From an uncultured Gemmatimonadales bacterium (GTDB lineage: Bacteria > Gemmatimonadota > Gemmatimonadetes > Longimicrobiales > RSA9), in assembly GCA_963783305.1 (NCBI GenBank), contig CAWAMW010000015.1, positions 411,885-475,884 of the forward strand: DNA of 64,000 nt. The letters run 5' to 3'. Made by a program: the position numbers and the translations under genes. Each line of letters opens with the position of its first letter. Position 1 is the stretch's first letter. Positions 1-10,549 of the stretch are shown in pieces. Under the pieces are notes generated by a model that was not told the origin of the DNA, did no database searches, and saw nothing but the letters and a program-made list of their open reading frames with translations.

Positions 1-915
1 AGGAGTGTCCGCCACTCGCTCCACCACCACCGACAGGAGACCGTAAGCCGTGTTGTTGTAGTTCCACTCCGCACCCGGCTCGTTCTGCAGCTCCGGCTGC
101 CGCTGTACGATCTCGATGAGCTCGTCCCGATCGACGTAGTCGCCCTCGTCGATCCGCCGCCCGGCCAGCGCCAGCGTGTTCAGGAACTCCCGGTAGCCGC
201 TGGTGTGCGTCAACAGGTGGCGCAGCGTGACCGGGTGCTCGAACTCCGGCAGCTCGGGGATGTACTCGCGCACGTCGTCGTCCAGCGACAGCTCGCCGCG
301 GGCACGGAGGAGCGTGATGGCGAACGCCGTGAACTGCTTCGACATGGATCCAATGTTCGTGCGCGTAGCGGTGCTGAACGGGACGTGGTGCGTCAGGTTC
401 GCCATACCGTACCCGCGCGCGAACACCAGCTCGCCCTCCCGGACCACACCCACCACTCCGCCGGGAACATCACCCGTGTACGGGGCCATGAGCTGATCCA
501 CGCGCTCGTCAGCATCCACCGCCACCGGCTCCACACGGTCGAGCCGTACGGCGTAGCGTCCCGTCCCATCCTCCTCCGGCGCCACCTCGATACGATACGC
601 TCCCGCCGCCCGGGTCTCGAAGTGGATTCGCTCCACACCCCTCCGCCGGTCGTCGAACCGCCGTACGACCTCCCCGTCCGGGTCCCGCACGGTAATCGCC
701 ACATCCACCGACTGCTGATCCACCTCCCCGAATACGAACTCATCCGCCCCCAGCTCGATCGTGTACGCGTGCGTCGCGGACGGCGCGATGGAGTCCGCCG
801 CCACCTCACCCTGGGCGATGGGCCGCGGCGTCGCGTCGCCCGTCTGGGCGCGGACAGGGAGGGGCGCCAGCACGAACGGCAACAGCGCAGCGATCAGATG
901 GGCGGAAAGTCTCAT
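1..915 (-). CDS. Serine hydrolase (beta-lactamase/AmpC-like family), secreted, with N-terminal beta-rich (PPC-like) domain; runs off the window edge
   Basis: Manual minus-strand translation from ATG at 915 (not in ORF track): MRLSAHLIAALLPFVLAPLPVRAQ signal peptide; ...TNIGSMSKQF (SxxK), LRHLLTHTSG, PGAEWNYNN (YxN). Confidence 0.9.
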   Translation of the reverse strand, partial: MRLSAHLIAALLPFVLAPLPVRAQTGDATPRPIAQGEVAADSIAPSATHAYTIELGADEFVFGEVDQQSVDVAITVRDPDGEVVRRFDDRRRGVERIHFETRAAGAYRIEVAPEEDGTGRYAVRLDRVEPVAVDADERVDQLMAPYTGDVPGGVVGVVREGELVFARGYGMANLTHHVPFSTATRTNIGSMSKQFTAFAITLLRARGELSLDDDVREYIPELPEFEHPVTLRHLLTHTSGYREFLNTLALAGRRIDEGDYVDRDELIEIVQRQPELQNEPGAEWNYNNTAYGLLSVVVERVADTP

Positions 916-1172
916 GCAAATCCTCTTCGGTTCTCTCGGGTTGCTTTAGACGACCGTGTACGCCGCGCACCGATGGAGTCTTCACCGGCTCCGCTGGGAA
1001 CTCTTGCGGGATCGGGTGAGCGGGAACGGTAGACGTATCGTTGGAACGGGCGGCTCACGGTGCAATAGCCGGGATCATCATCCACCGCAGGAACTCCTCG
1101 CCAGACGCCACGCCCCGGGCGGGCGTCGGGTCCACGTCGGACCGCAGAGGAGGGGATCGGTCCGGGCGGGAC

Positions 1173-1538
1173 TCAGCTGCGGGCGTCGGTCGCGGGCTCG
1201 TCATGGCCGATGATGATCCGCTCGATCTTCCCCAGCAGGGATGGGCTGCCGGCGCGACTGGCACCGAAGAGGCCGTCCTCCAGTGCATTGGCCTTGTCGG
1301 CGGCGGCGAAGAGGGAAAGCCACCGGTCGTACTTCTCACCGAATCGCATGACGGCGTAGAAGCGGTGTCCCGGCCGGTTGCCCGGGAAGACGATGTCGAG
1401 GGCCGCGGCCGCAAGACAGAGGGGGGAGAGTACAATGTCCTTGGCCCCATCGAGGACGAGCTTCACCTGGAAGATCAGGAGGTCTCGAAGAATGATCCAC
1501 CGCGTCCGTGTCGTCCTGGTCATTGCGTCCCGTCCCAT
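1173..1538 (-). CDS. Conserved-looking hypothetical protein
   Basis: ORF with natural composition (LRDLLIFQVKLVLDGAKDIVLSPL...FYAVMRFGEKYDRWLSLF); GC3-biased codons. Confidence 0.7.
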   Translation of the reverse strand: MGRDAMTRTTRTRWIILRDLLIFQVKLVLDGAKDIVLSPLCLAAAALDIVFPGNRPGHRFYAVMRFGEKYDRWLSLFAAADKANALEDGLFGASRAGSPSLLGKIERIIIGHDEPATDARS

Positions 1539-1664
1539 GTCGCGTGCGATCCAGCGTCCGTCTCACAAGCCCGTACGGAAGCAGACCGGCCGATGTTTCG
1601 CACGGGGTTGCAAGCAGAGGACCTGGTCGGGGGCGCTTCTGGCCTCGAGCTGGACCCGCGCTGG

Positions 1665-2207
1665 TCACACGCCGGGGTCCGGCGCGACCTCTGTGCCGGC
1701 GATGGTGCTCTCCTCCTGCCGGCTCTCCGGAGCGCCATCGGCGCCGACCGCCTCGATCGCGTAGGCGAAGCGCCAGTCGCCCAGCTGCTCGGGATCGGCC
1801 TGCTCCGGGGTTCCTTCGTCCCAGGGCCCGTGCTCGCCGAATACGTTGTCGATCGGAGCCTCGAATACGCGCCGGTAGGGTGTGAGGGCATCGTTGGCGC
1901 TGAGACGGTCGATCTCTTCCCCCTCGGCTTCGACCACCAGGGAATCGCCCGCGGTGACCTCGCCCTCATAGAGCACATTGGTGAAGCTGAGGCGATTCAT
2001 CGCCGGATGCTCGGAAATCGAGAGGTGGCTCTTGGGATCCTCCGGGATCCGCGTTTCCGTGATCTCGTCACGCTCCGGCACGCCCGCACGGAATCGGAAA
2101 CGGAACTCTCCAGTAATGTCAAAATCCTTGCTGTCGAGGATCTCGATGTAGCGCAGGGTTACGCGAATCCGGCGCGGGAGGCGCTGCTGCTCTGTGCTCT
2201 TGTCCAT
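1665..2207 (-). CDS. Hypothetical protein (acidic, beta-rich)
   Basis: Start moved to MDKSTEQQ (ATG 2207, GAAGGAAGG upstream); RIRVTLRYIEILDSKDFDITGEFRFRF. Confidence 0.65.
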   Translation of the reverse strand: MDKSTEQQRLPRRIRVTLRYIEILDSKDFDITGEFRFRFRAGVPERDEITETRIPEDPKSHLSISEHPAMNRLSFTNVLYEGEVTAGDSLVVEAEGEEIDRLSANDALTPYRRVFEAPIDNVFGEHGPWDEGTPEQADPEQLGDWRFAYAIEAVGADGAPESRQEESTIAGTEVAPDPGV

Positions 2208-2292
2208 GGTATTCGACCTTCCTTCAGGATGAATGGCTCGGGGGGGGGTGCACCGCCCTCGGTCGACGCTGGTGCGGGGCCGTTCCTGCCCC

Positions 2293-4161
2293 TCAATGAG
2301 ATGCAGACGACTGCAGAGCGAGCAGTCGGCGGAACTCGGGTACCGGCTCCAGGGTGCGCCACCACCACGACAGTCCATCGCCCTGGTCGAAGCGGTGTCC
2401 GGGGTTCGTAGCCAGGTAGCGACGCACCAGGCCTACGGCCTCATCGGTCTCACCGAGGCGACTGCGGACGAACGCCTCCCGGAGCCAGAGCGAGCGCCCG
2501 GGGTCCAGATGGGGCGCATCGCCATCCCGTGACGCGGCGGCGAGAACGGCACGAGCGCTATCCGGCGCGCCGGCCCGCTCCAGGACGGCCGCGACAAAGA
2601 TCCGATTCTCGACATCATACCAGGCGCGATCGTACTCCGGGGCCAGCGAATCGGCCTCGGCCAGCAGGCGCCATGCTTCCGCCGGATCGGCGGCGAGCGC
2701 GGGTGTAGCCATGAGCCGGATGCGACAGATCCGGAACCGGTAGTTGGCGGGAAATCGGCGCCGGCCCTCCTCGCACGCTTCCACGGCCGGGCGGAACTGG
2801 CCCATGTCCAGCGCGGCGGTGTGGATCCGCCAGAGCACGTTGTCGGCCGACTCGAGGTAGGCATCCTCCTCGTACGCCCGCTTGGCGGCCAGCAGGACGG
2901 CGGCGATACCCGGAGCGTCGGGATCGTTGTAGTAGAGGTGGCTCAGGGTGCTGAAGGCGGACGCGAGCCCCGGGTTCCGCTGCACCGCAGCCTCCAGATC
3001 GGTGCGCGCGGCCCGGATCAGGTCTCCCCGGGCCGCTCCTTCCAGCTCCGGGTCGGTGAGCCAGCGCCAGTACCGCGCGGTGCCCCGGGCCTCCAGCGCC
3101 TCGGCATCGGCCGGATCGCGCTCGACCGCTTCCATGCCGTAACGAATCGCGGCGATGGCGTGCGGCAGCCCGGCCTCCAGGTCCGACGGTAGCCGCGCCC
3201 GGCGATACGCCACCTCCGAACGGAGCGTCATGGGCCGCGCCCATTCCTTCTCGATCTCCGCGGCCAGGGCCAGAAGGGAGTCCGCCCGCGCGTACTGGAG
3301 ATCGGCCTCCACGGCGTCATGCTCCTGCGCCGCCGCCTCCGCGTCCTTCATGGCACGACGGCCCTGCTGGAGCACCCCCCACGCCACCGTATTGTCCGTC
3401 TCGGCTCGGGTCTCCCGCAGCCGCACCTCCTCGCCCAGCCGCTCACGAAGCAGCACGGCCGCCTCCCTCGCCATCCGGGTGCCGCCCTCCACCAGCACGA
3501 TCTCCGGCACCTCGAAGCTCGTTCGCCGGAACACGGCGCCGCTCGCGCCATCCAGCAGCGCCAGGTCCACCGCGAACCCATCCGCAGTCTCGCCGATCGA
3601 GCCGGTCACCACGGTGCCCGCCTGAAGCTCGCCGGCCGCCGCGACCACGTCCACGTCACTTCCCCGGTACGGCAGCACGCCGTTGGCGCTGATCACGTCC
3701 AGCTCCGGCACCCGCGACAGCTCCAGGATCAACCCTTCCGTCAGCGCGTCCGCCACGGACACCAGGCGCCCGTCCCGGGTTCGGTCCTCGAGGTACAGGA
3801 CCGCGATACGCTGCGCCGCGAGACCTCCCTCCTCCAGCCCCGCCATCGCCCGCTTCGCCTCGACGTGCGCCCCGACGGAGCGCACCGTAAAGCCTCCCAT
3901 GACCAGAATGAGGACGAGGAAGAACGCGATCTCCGAGCGCGGCGCCTTCTGACGACCCTGCTCCCCGTGGAACCACGCGAACACCCCCGCCGCCGGCAGC
4001 CCGCCCAGGAACCACAGGAGCGCCACCCGGTACGCCAGGCCCGGAAGTATGTCCTGCTCCACCAGCTGCGACACCGCCTCGATGACCACCCAGCCCCCGG
4101 CCAGGTAGCCAATGAGGATCTGGACGAACCGCCGCTCGCGAAGGTCTCGAATCGTACTCAT
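2293..4161 (-). CDS. Membrane-anchored TolB-like N-domain / TPR protein
   Basis: Three N-terminal TM helices (LRERRFVQILIGYLAGGWVVIE...AWFHGEQG), RIAVLYLED...ADALTEGLILELS...LDVIS TolB-like segment, then helical TPR-like repeats. Confidence 0.8.
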   Translation of the reverse strand: MSTIRDLRERRFVQILIGYLAGGWVVIEAVSQLVEQDILPGLAYRVALLWFLGGLPAAGVFAWFHGEQGRQKAPRSEIAFFLVLILVMGGFTVRSVGAHVEAKRAMAGLEEGGLAAQRIAVLYLEDRTRDGRLVSVADALTEGLILELSRVPELDVISANGVLPYRGSDVDVVAAAGELQAGTVVTGSIGETADGFAVDLALLDGASGAVFRRTSFEVPEIVLVEGGTRMAREAAVLLRERLGEEVRLRETRAETDNTVAWGVLQQGRRAMKDAEAAAQEHDAVEADLQYARADSLLALAAEIEKEWARPMTLRSEVAYRRARLPSDLEAGLPHAIAAIRYGMEAVERDPADAEALEARGTARYWRWLTDPELEGAARGDLIRAARTDLEAAVQRNPGLASAFSTLSHLYYNDPDAPGIAAVLLAAKRAYEEDAYLESADNVLWRIHTAALDMGQFRPAVEACEEGRRRFPANYRFRICRIRLMATPALAADPAEAWRLLAEADSLAPEYDRAWYDVENRIFVAAVLERAGAPDSARAVLAAASRDGDAPHLDPGRSLWLREAFVRSRLGETDEAVGLVRRYLATNPGHRFDQGDGLSWWWRTLEPVPEFRRLLALQSSASH

Positions 4162-4228
4162 GGGGGGTCTTCCTCATATGGGGGGAACCAACCAAGCATC
4201 ACATTCGCATTGCTCCCCCGTCAAGGGT

Positions 4229-4260
4229 GAGGTCCGACCCCGAGTGCGGGGCCGGACCTC
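4229..4260. terminator. GC-rich hairpin downstream of the 4315-6183 gene
   Basis: GAGGTCCG-ACCCCG-AGTG-CGGGGC-CGGACCTC inverted repeat; no clear U-tract. Confidence 0.45.
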
Positions 4261-4314
4261 CCTGTTCATGCCACGGGAACCGCTACTTCTCCTGCGCTGC
4301 TACGGCGTGACCTC

Positions 4315-6183
4315 CTACAGCTTCGGCTCGAAGCCGCAGGCGTCGACCACACTCACGAACAGCTGCGCGTTGTCCGCGGAATCGAAGCGCCCGCCGGAGA
4401 AATCAATGCTGTTGCTCCAGAACATGTTGACGTCACTGAAGGCGAATGCCGGCCCCGAATATGGCCCCACCCCCAGGCTACCCTCGGGGACGGTGACGGC
4501 GGCCGCCTTATAGTCCGCCTGCCTGGCGAACACCGTAGCGGGTCCAGCGGGCTCGATGAACCAGCCCGGGTAGAACTGGAGCAGCTCGCTTATATCATTC
4601 CCCAGGGCGCCCGAGCCGGCTACCGCGCCTGTTTTGCTGCCGGTAACACTCAACCCGAATGGATCAAGCAGACTCGCGTTCGCTGCCGCGAACGCGCCGT
4701 TGTCCGCCAGCAGAATGGCACATCCGCCGTGCTCCACGTACTCCAGCAGCGCATTCTGTTCATCGGCGTCCAGCTGACTGATCCCGACATTGGCTCCGTT
4801 TTTGACCGAGCCGAGAAGCACGACATCGACCTCATCGTGAAGCAGGCCGTTGTCGAGTCTGGATGCCGTCGTCGGCCAGACGTTCAGGAAGTGACCCTCG
4901 AGCGCCGCCATGGCGCCTGCGAGCTTAGCGGACTCGATGGACGACCATCCGCCCCTCTCCAGATCGAACCCGGCAATGCGGAGCCCCGGGTCCACCCACG
5001 CGATCGTGGACAGATCGCGAGCCGAACCGCCGAACCCGGTGTGCCCGGCGTACGCGGGCGTCCCGAAGATGAAGTCCCGCACTCCGAGACCCGCTTTCTG
5101 GAGGAAGGCGAACGCGCCGGAGGGCCCGGCTCCAGGTATGTAATCGGCGCATGTTAGCGGCGGCCCCGGCACATTCGGCAGAAGCTCGAATGTCGGGCTA
5201 CCCGCGGGCGGGTCGTCATGATGTGCGCCCAGCACCAGCTCGTCCTGGGCGTCCTCCCAGTCCGTCCCGTAGAAGGCCTGTACGGCCGCGGTGTCGATGC
5301 ACTGCGCGACGATCACGTCCTTCGCAAACTCCACCTCGGGATCAGGCAGCAGGTTGTATTCGTAACAGCTGTTGAACCACTTCAGCTCCACGCCCAGGTC
5401 ACAACTCGCGTCGTCTGGGTCCAGCTCCGCGATCGTGAGGACGTAGGGCCCGCCGCCCGGCAGCGGGGGCAGCGCACCTTCCGGAATGTAGATGGCCGCA
5501 TCTCCGTCGCGGGTGAAGATCGTCGTCTCGACCGACGGGTCAATCGTGGCCACCTTGCAGTCCAGACCGGTGACACAGCCGAGCGCGTCCCCGATGAAGA
5601 ATTTCACGGGGACGGTCCGGCCCTTCTTGAGGCCGATCACTCCGGATTCCGGGTCCGCGGCGTTCTTTGCGCCCTTGCCCCGGAACTGCAGGTCGGCGAA
5701 GCCGAGGGGCTCGCTTCCGAGGTAGACGGTCAGACGGTATATGTAGGGCCCAGTCTCGACCGCTAACGACGTGTCCCTGGTGTCCCACTTCAACTTGTAG
5801 TGATCGCCATCATACTGGATGTCCGATCCGGAGAACGTGACAGAGTTGTCGCTGCAGACGTCGTTCCCACCGCCATCCTCCTCCAACTCGCATATCACGA
5901 CGTGTGGCGCCAGGCCCGCCAGCGGCGACTGTCCCCGCTTGTCGGGCTGGCTGACCAGCGGAGCGAGGAAGAGGAAGCCAGGGTTGCCGTCGTTGGAGCC
6001 GTCCTGGATCTCGGCAGCCGGCGCTTCATCCGGGGCAAGAGGCGCCACCGGTCCGCTCACGTCGCCCTGCTCACAGCCAGTGAACAGAAGCAGGCTCGTA
6101 CTCGCGAGCAACGCGAGCATGCGGGTCGCATGGATGGTACGCCGGCCGGGGCCGGTCGGGGAATGTCTGGTCATCGGTATCAA
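4315..6183 (-). CDS. Large hypothetical lipoprotein (Cys-containing, ZU5-like middle region, C-terminal alpha/beta domain)
   Basis: AAGGAGG RBS 6 nt before TTG start; lipobox LLFTG-C; AAIYIPEGALP (ZU5-like, inference). Confidence 0.75.
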   Translation of the reverse strand: MIPMTRHSPTGPGRRTIHATRMLALLASTSLLLFTGCEQGDVSGPVAPLAPDEAPAAEIQDGSNDGNPGFLFLAPLVSQPDKRGQSPLAGLAPHVVICELEEDGGGNDVCSDNSVTFSGSDIQYDGDHYKLKWDTRDTSLAVETGPYIYRLTVYLGSEPLGFADLQFRGKGAKNAADPESGVIGLKKGRTVPVKFFIGDALGCVTGLDCKVATIDPSVETTIFTRDGDAAIYIPEGALPPLPGGGPYVLTIAELDPDDASCDLGVELKWFNSCYEYNLLPDPEVEFAKDVIVAQCIDTAAVQAFYGTDWEDAQDELVLGAHHDDPPAGSPTFELLPNVPGPPLTCADYIPGAGPSGAFAFLQKAGLGVRDFIFGTPAYAGHTGFGGSARDLSTIAWVDPGLRIAGFDLERGGWSSIESAKLAGAMAALEGHFLNVWPTTASRLDNGLLHDEVDVVLLGSVKNGANVGISQLDADEQNALLEYVEHGGCAILLADNGAFAAANASLLDPFGLSVTGSKTGAVAGSGALGNDISELLQFYPGWFIEPAGPATVFARQADYKAAAVTVPEGSLGVGPYSGPAFAFSDVNMFWSNSIDFSGGRFDSADNAQLFVSVVDACGFEPKL

Positions 6184-6231
6184 GCAACACCTCCTTGGGG
6201 GGTCGATCCTTCGTTTTTCTCGTATTTCACG

Positions 6232-6627
6232 CTACTGCACGAATGCTTCATGGCTCGCCTCGCCGACGTCCGGAACGGAGCCGGGTACCGTCCGTTCGAG
6301 TGCCGCTCTCAACTGCCGCCCGTTGAACGGCTTCATCAGGAGCTCGTCTCCCCGGCCCCGGGCGGCCCCATCCTCCCCGCTGATCAGCAGCACGGGGATG
6401 TGCCGCAGGTCGGGGTCCTTGCGGAGGGCGTCACAGAAGCCGTGTCCGTCCAGGCGTGACAGGTTTACATCGCAGATCACTGCGTCCACGGCCCCGGCGC
6501 GAACGAGCGTCAGCGCCTCCACGCCATCGGAAGCCTCGACCACCCGTGCGATGGCGGGCTCGCCGCACTCCAGACACCGTCGCAGGTACAGCCGCATATC
6601 CGCGTCGTCATCGACGACCAGGAGCAT
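6232..6627 (-). CDS. Single-domain response regulator (receiver); start uncertain
   Basis: LLVVDDD...EASDGVEAL...VICDVNLSRLDG...LLISG...LMKPF. Confidence 0.85.
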   Translation of the reverse strand: MLLVVDDDADMRLYLRRCLECGEPAIARVVEASDGVEALTLVRAGAVDAVICDVNLSRLDGHGFCDALRKDPDLRHIPVLLISGEDGAARGRGDELLMKPFNGRQLRAALERTVPGSVPDVGEASHEAFVQ

Positions 6628-6953
6628 CAACGGCCGCACCTGAGGCGGCTCCACCACCCGGCCCTCCAGGATGCCGCCACGGACGACGCGCAGCTTGCGG
6701 GGAGTTCGTCTCGACGGGTCACATGCACCATGGCACCTGCGCTGCTGGGAGGACTGGATCTCTTGCGGCGTCCAACATGGGAGCGGAAGGAGCGGGGGGG
6801 TTGCGGCCGTGTTGCGATGACTTGCCGTCACGTTGCGCTGCACGCACACGCAACTCTTCGCAACACCGGGAACACCGAATTCGGCCGGAGCGGGAACGGA
6901 GGAGGGCCGCGGCCCAGGCGGTGCGAAGGAAGGCGGTTCGGCGGGGCGTCCGG

Positions 6954-9900
6954 CTAGGTCACGACGCGGGAGCGGTACGCCGAGGGTCGTACCAGGAAGG
7001 CATCCTGGAAGCTGTTGGAGAAATGGGAAACGCTCTTGAATCCCACGGAGTACGCAATGGAGCTGACGGATCCCGCCCCCTGCTCGAGCAGTTGGGCGGC
7101 ACGTTCAAGCCGCATGCGGCGGATCAGGTCGGAGGGGCTCTCGTCCAGGAGGTCCTGGAGCTTCCGGTACAGTTGACTCCGGCTGTGGGCCACGTCATGG
7201 GCGAGACGCTCGACGGTGTACGTCTCGTCGTCCATGTTGGCCTCGATGGCGTTCCCGACCTGCTCCAGGAAGCGTTGATCGGCGGATTCCACGTCCACGG
7301 CCCGGGCGTGCAGGGTCAGCGGGTCACCTGAGAACCGCTCGCGCAGCCGCCTCCGCGAGGCGATCAGGTTCGCGGTGCGGGCGAGCAGCTCATCGGCGCG
7401 GAACGGCTTCGTGAGGTAGTCGTCCGCTTCCTGCCGCAGCCCCGCCACCCGGTCCTCGGGTGCCGCCCGGGCGGTGAGCAGGACCACGGGTATGAAGTCG
7501 GTCTCGGGGTCCTGCTTGATGGCGCGGCAGAGGTCGAATCCATCCATGTCCGGCATCGTGACATCCGAGAGGACGAGGTCGGGGAGGGCGCTCCGGACCA
7601 TCTCGAGGCCCTGCGTGCCATTGGTCGCCTCCAGGACGCGGTAGTCCCGGGCGAGGTGCGTCCGCAGGTAGGCACGGATCTCCTGGTCGTCCTCGACCAC
7701 GAGCACCGTGGTCACGTCTTCCGCGTCCTCCGCGTCTTCGGAGGGCGCCTCTGCGTCCGGAACCGCTGCCTCCACGACAGGCGGTATGCCCGGGGGGGCG
7801 ACGGCGCGGTCGCGAATGTCGCCGTAGGACGCCGCCGCATGCGCCCCCGATGCCGGATCCGCCCCCGACGCCGCTCCGGTCCCGCCGGCGATTCCCAGCG
7901 GCAGCGTAGCGGTGAAGGTGCTGCCGAAGCCCTCCTCACTCTCCACCGCGAGGGTCCCGCCGTGCAGCTCCACCACCTCTCTGGCGAGGGCCAGCCCGAT
8001 CCCGGTCCCGCCCGGGAGTCCCTGTTCCCCTTCGGCGCGGCTGAAGCGGTCGAAGACCCGTTCCAGATCCCGCGGGGCGATCCCCGGGCCATTGTCCCGG
8101 ACGCTGAGCCAGGCGTGCTTGTCATCGGCGTGGAGCCGGACCCGCACCGTCCCGCCATCGGGGGTGAACTTGAGTGCGTTCGAGAGCAGGTTCGAGAGCA
8201 CTTTCCGCAGTTGCTCCTGGTCACCGTCCATGGAGACGGGTCCGTCCGGGGCCTCGATATCCAGATGGAGCGTCTTCCTGGCAGCCAGGGGCGCGAAATC
8301 GGCCGCCGTCTCCCGCACGAATCTGGTGAGGTCGAGAGGCTGGGCGTGGAGCGGCATCCGGCCTGCCTCGAGTCGTGCCAGATCCAGGATCTGGTTGATG
8401 AGGTCGAGAACCCTTCCGGCATTGCGGCGCGCCATGGTGACCTGGCTCCTCTGCGCGCCTTCGATCGCACCATGGAGGCCCTCCAGGAGGTCATCGAGCG
8501 GCCCCAGGGTAAGCATGAGGGGCGTCCTGAACTCGTGGCTGATATCGGCGAAGAGCCGGCTGCGCGCCTGGACCGCGGCCCGCGCCTCGTGGTAGAGCCG
8601 GGCGTTCTCCAGCGCCTGGGCCGCCCGACCGCCCAGATTCTCGGCAATGCCGAGGTCGACCGGGGTGTACGGCCGGCGTGCCTCGGTGCCCCCGAGCGTG
8701 AGGGTCCCCAGAACCTGTCCGCGAGCGACAAGGGGGACCACGATGAGGGAGTGCAGCTCCCCCTCCGGTCCCGCCGGTCCCAGGGGACGGTCCGCACGTG
8801 CTGAGAACCGGGTGTCGTGCCGGAGGTCCGCAACCAGGAGCGGCTCACCGCTGTGCACCGCGGCCACGATCGGGGATGTTTCGGCGCTGCCACGCACGGG
8901 CAGCGACTCCATATCCGCGAGCTGGGTTTCGCACTCGGCGTCGGCATGAACCGCCGCGACCGGTCGAAGCCGTTCGTCCGGCCCGGCGTCCAGGATGTGA
9001 ACGATGCAGCAGTCGGCCAGAAAGGGAACGGAGAGGCGGGCGAGACTGGTGAGCGTCGCCTCCGGATCGAGGGAGTTGTCCAGGAGCGCGCTGGCTCGAG
9101 CGAGGAACGCCTGCGCTTCCTCACTCCTTCTCCGTTGGGTCACGTCGTGCATGGAGCTCATCACACGGGTCGGTGCCCCGGCCACGGAGCGTACCACGTG
9201 GGCCCGGTCGAGTATGACCGCGTAGTCCCCATCTCCCCGGCGAAAGCTGTACTCGCCGCTCCACGAGTCTCCCACACCGTCCAGCACCGCGTACAGCCCC
9301 CTGACTACCCGGGCACGGTCGTCGGGATGGATACGGCTGGTCCACCACTCGATGCTCTCGCTCACCTCGGAGGGCGAATAATGGAGCGCAAGTGCCGCGG
9401 ACGGACCCCAGGACACGGTGCCGGTCGTGAGGTCCCAGTCACGGAACACGTCGGTGCTCGCCTGCACGATCAGGCGGTACCGCTCCTCACTGGCCCGGAG
9501 CAACACCCCGGCCTTGTGCTGTTCGGTGACGTCCTGCACCATCCCGATCACCGCGTACTCCCCGTCAAGCTCGATCCGAGTGCCCCGGACCTCGACGTGG
9601 ATGATCTCCCCGCTCTTCTTTACACCGCGGAACGAATACTTCTCCTTGGTCTCCTCCCCAACCAGGCGCTTTCGCAGGTTCCTCTGCACCAGCTCCCGGT
9701 CCTCCTCGGCGATCAGGTCCATAATCGTGATGTCGCTCAGGAGCTCCTCGCTCGTGTAGCCCACGATCTCCGAGAACCTGGGATTTACGTACACCAGACG
9801 ATCGCCCTGCACGATGTGGATGCCCACCAGGGAGTGCTCGACGAGGCTACGGAACCGTGTCTCGGCCGACCGCAGCTCCTCCGCCGCCGCAATGCGGGCC

Positions 9901-10334
9901 GAGATGTCACGGTTGATCCCGAGAGCGCCCACCTGCTGACCGCGATCATCGAACAGCGGAGCAACGGAGGATTCGATCCAGCCCCGGCTGCCATCCTTGC
10001 GCAGCAGGCCGATCTCCCCGCGCCAGCTCCCGCTCTCCTCGACCGCTTTCAACACCTCCTTCAGCAGGGGCTCGCGCGACTCGGGGACGTGGAGGATCGA
10101 TACCGGCTGCCCGAGCATCTCTTCCCGCGTATACCCGTAAAGCAACTCCGACCCACGGTTCCAGTCCACCACCCGCCCCTCCATGTCCGTGACCAGGACC
10201 GCATCGAACACGTTCTCGAGGGCCTGTGCTCGCGCCCGGCGGATCAGATCGACGAAGACCGGCTCCTCCATGAGGGGAATGGCAGGAGCGTTCTGTTCTC
10301 GGGCCGCAGGGGGAACAGGGCGAGTGGTGTCCAT
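6954..10334 (-). CDS. Hybrid sensor kinase PAS-PAS-PAS-GAF-HisKA-HATPase-REC-AraC HTH; start approximate
   Basis: Three PAS/PAC repeats, GAF, ISHEFRTPL, NLLSNALKFT, DNGPGI, GGTGIGL, VLVVEDD...SDVTMPDMDG, C-terminal AraC (SRSQLYRKL...IAYSVGFKSVSHFS). The ORF-track extension to 11285 is antisense to the next gene. Confidence 0.92.
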   Translation of the reverse strand: MDTTRPVPPAAREQNAPAIPLMEEPVFVDLIRRARAQALENVFDAVLVTDMEGRVVDWNRGSELLYGYTREEMLGQPVSILHVPESREPLLKEVLKAVEESGSWRGEIGLLRKDGSRGWIESSVAPLFDDRGQQVGALGINRDISARIAAAEELRSAETRFRSLVEHSLVGIHIVQGDRLVYVNPRFSEIVGYTSEELLSDITIMDLIAEEDRELVQRNLRKRLVGEETKEKYSFRGVKKSGEIIHVEVRGTRIELDGEYAVIGMVQDVTEQHKAGVLLRASEERYRLIVQASTDVFRDWDLTTGTVSWGPSAALALHYSPSEVSESIEWWTSRIHPDDRARVVRGLYAVLDGVGDSWSGEYSFRRGDGDYAVILDRAHVVRSVAGAPTRVMSSMHDVTQRRRSEEAQAFLARASALLDNSLDPEATLTSLARLSVPFLADCCIVHILDAGPDERLRPVAAVHADAECETQLADMESLPVRGSAETSPIVAAVHSGEPLLVADLRHDTRFSARADRPLGPAGPEGELHSLIVVPLVARGQVLGTLTLGGTEARRPYTPVDLGIAENLGGRAAQALENARLYHEARAAVQARSRLFADISHEFRTPLMLTLGPLDDLLEGLHGAIEGAQRSQVTMARRNAGRVLDLINQILDLARLEAGRMPLHAQPLDLTRFVRETAADFAPLAARKTLHLDIEAPDGPVSMDGDQEQLRKVLSNLLSNALKFTPDGGTVRVRLHADDKHAWLSVRDNGPGIAPRDLERVFDRFSRAEGEQGLPGGTGIGLALAREVVELHGGTLAVESEEGFGSTFTATLPLGIAGGTGAASGADPASGAHAAASYGDIRDRAVAPPGIPPVVEAAVPDAEAPSEDAEDAEDVTTVLVVEDDQEIRAYLRTHLARDYRVLEATNGTQGLEMVRSALPDLVLSDVTMPDMDGFDLCRAIKQDPETDFIPVVLLTARAAPEDRVAGLRQEADDYLTKPFRADELLARTANLIASRRRLRERFSGDPLTLHARAVDVESADQRFLEQVGNAIEANMDDETYTVERLAHDVAHSRSQLYRKLQDLLDESPSDLIRRMRLERAAQLLEQGAGSVSSIAYSVGFKSVSHFSNSFQDAFLVRPSAYRSRVVT

Positions 10335-10549
10335 GTCAGCGGGCCTTGCGGGGGGCGGTCCTTCACCTATCAGATTCATAATACCGCATCTCCACGGGGC
10401 TTGAAAGAAGACCGTAAACGGGAGCGAAGTGATCCGCCGGGTGACTGTGGCGCCAGGAGCGCGATCGGAGTCGTCCACCGTGCCCCCAGGTTCCTGGCCG
10501 CCGTGATGTCCACGAGTCCGCAATGCCACCCCCCCCGGCAAGGCCGACG

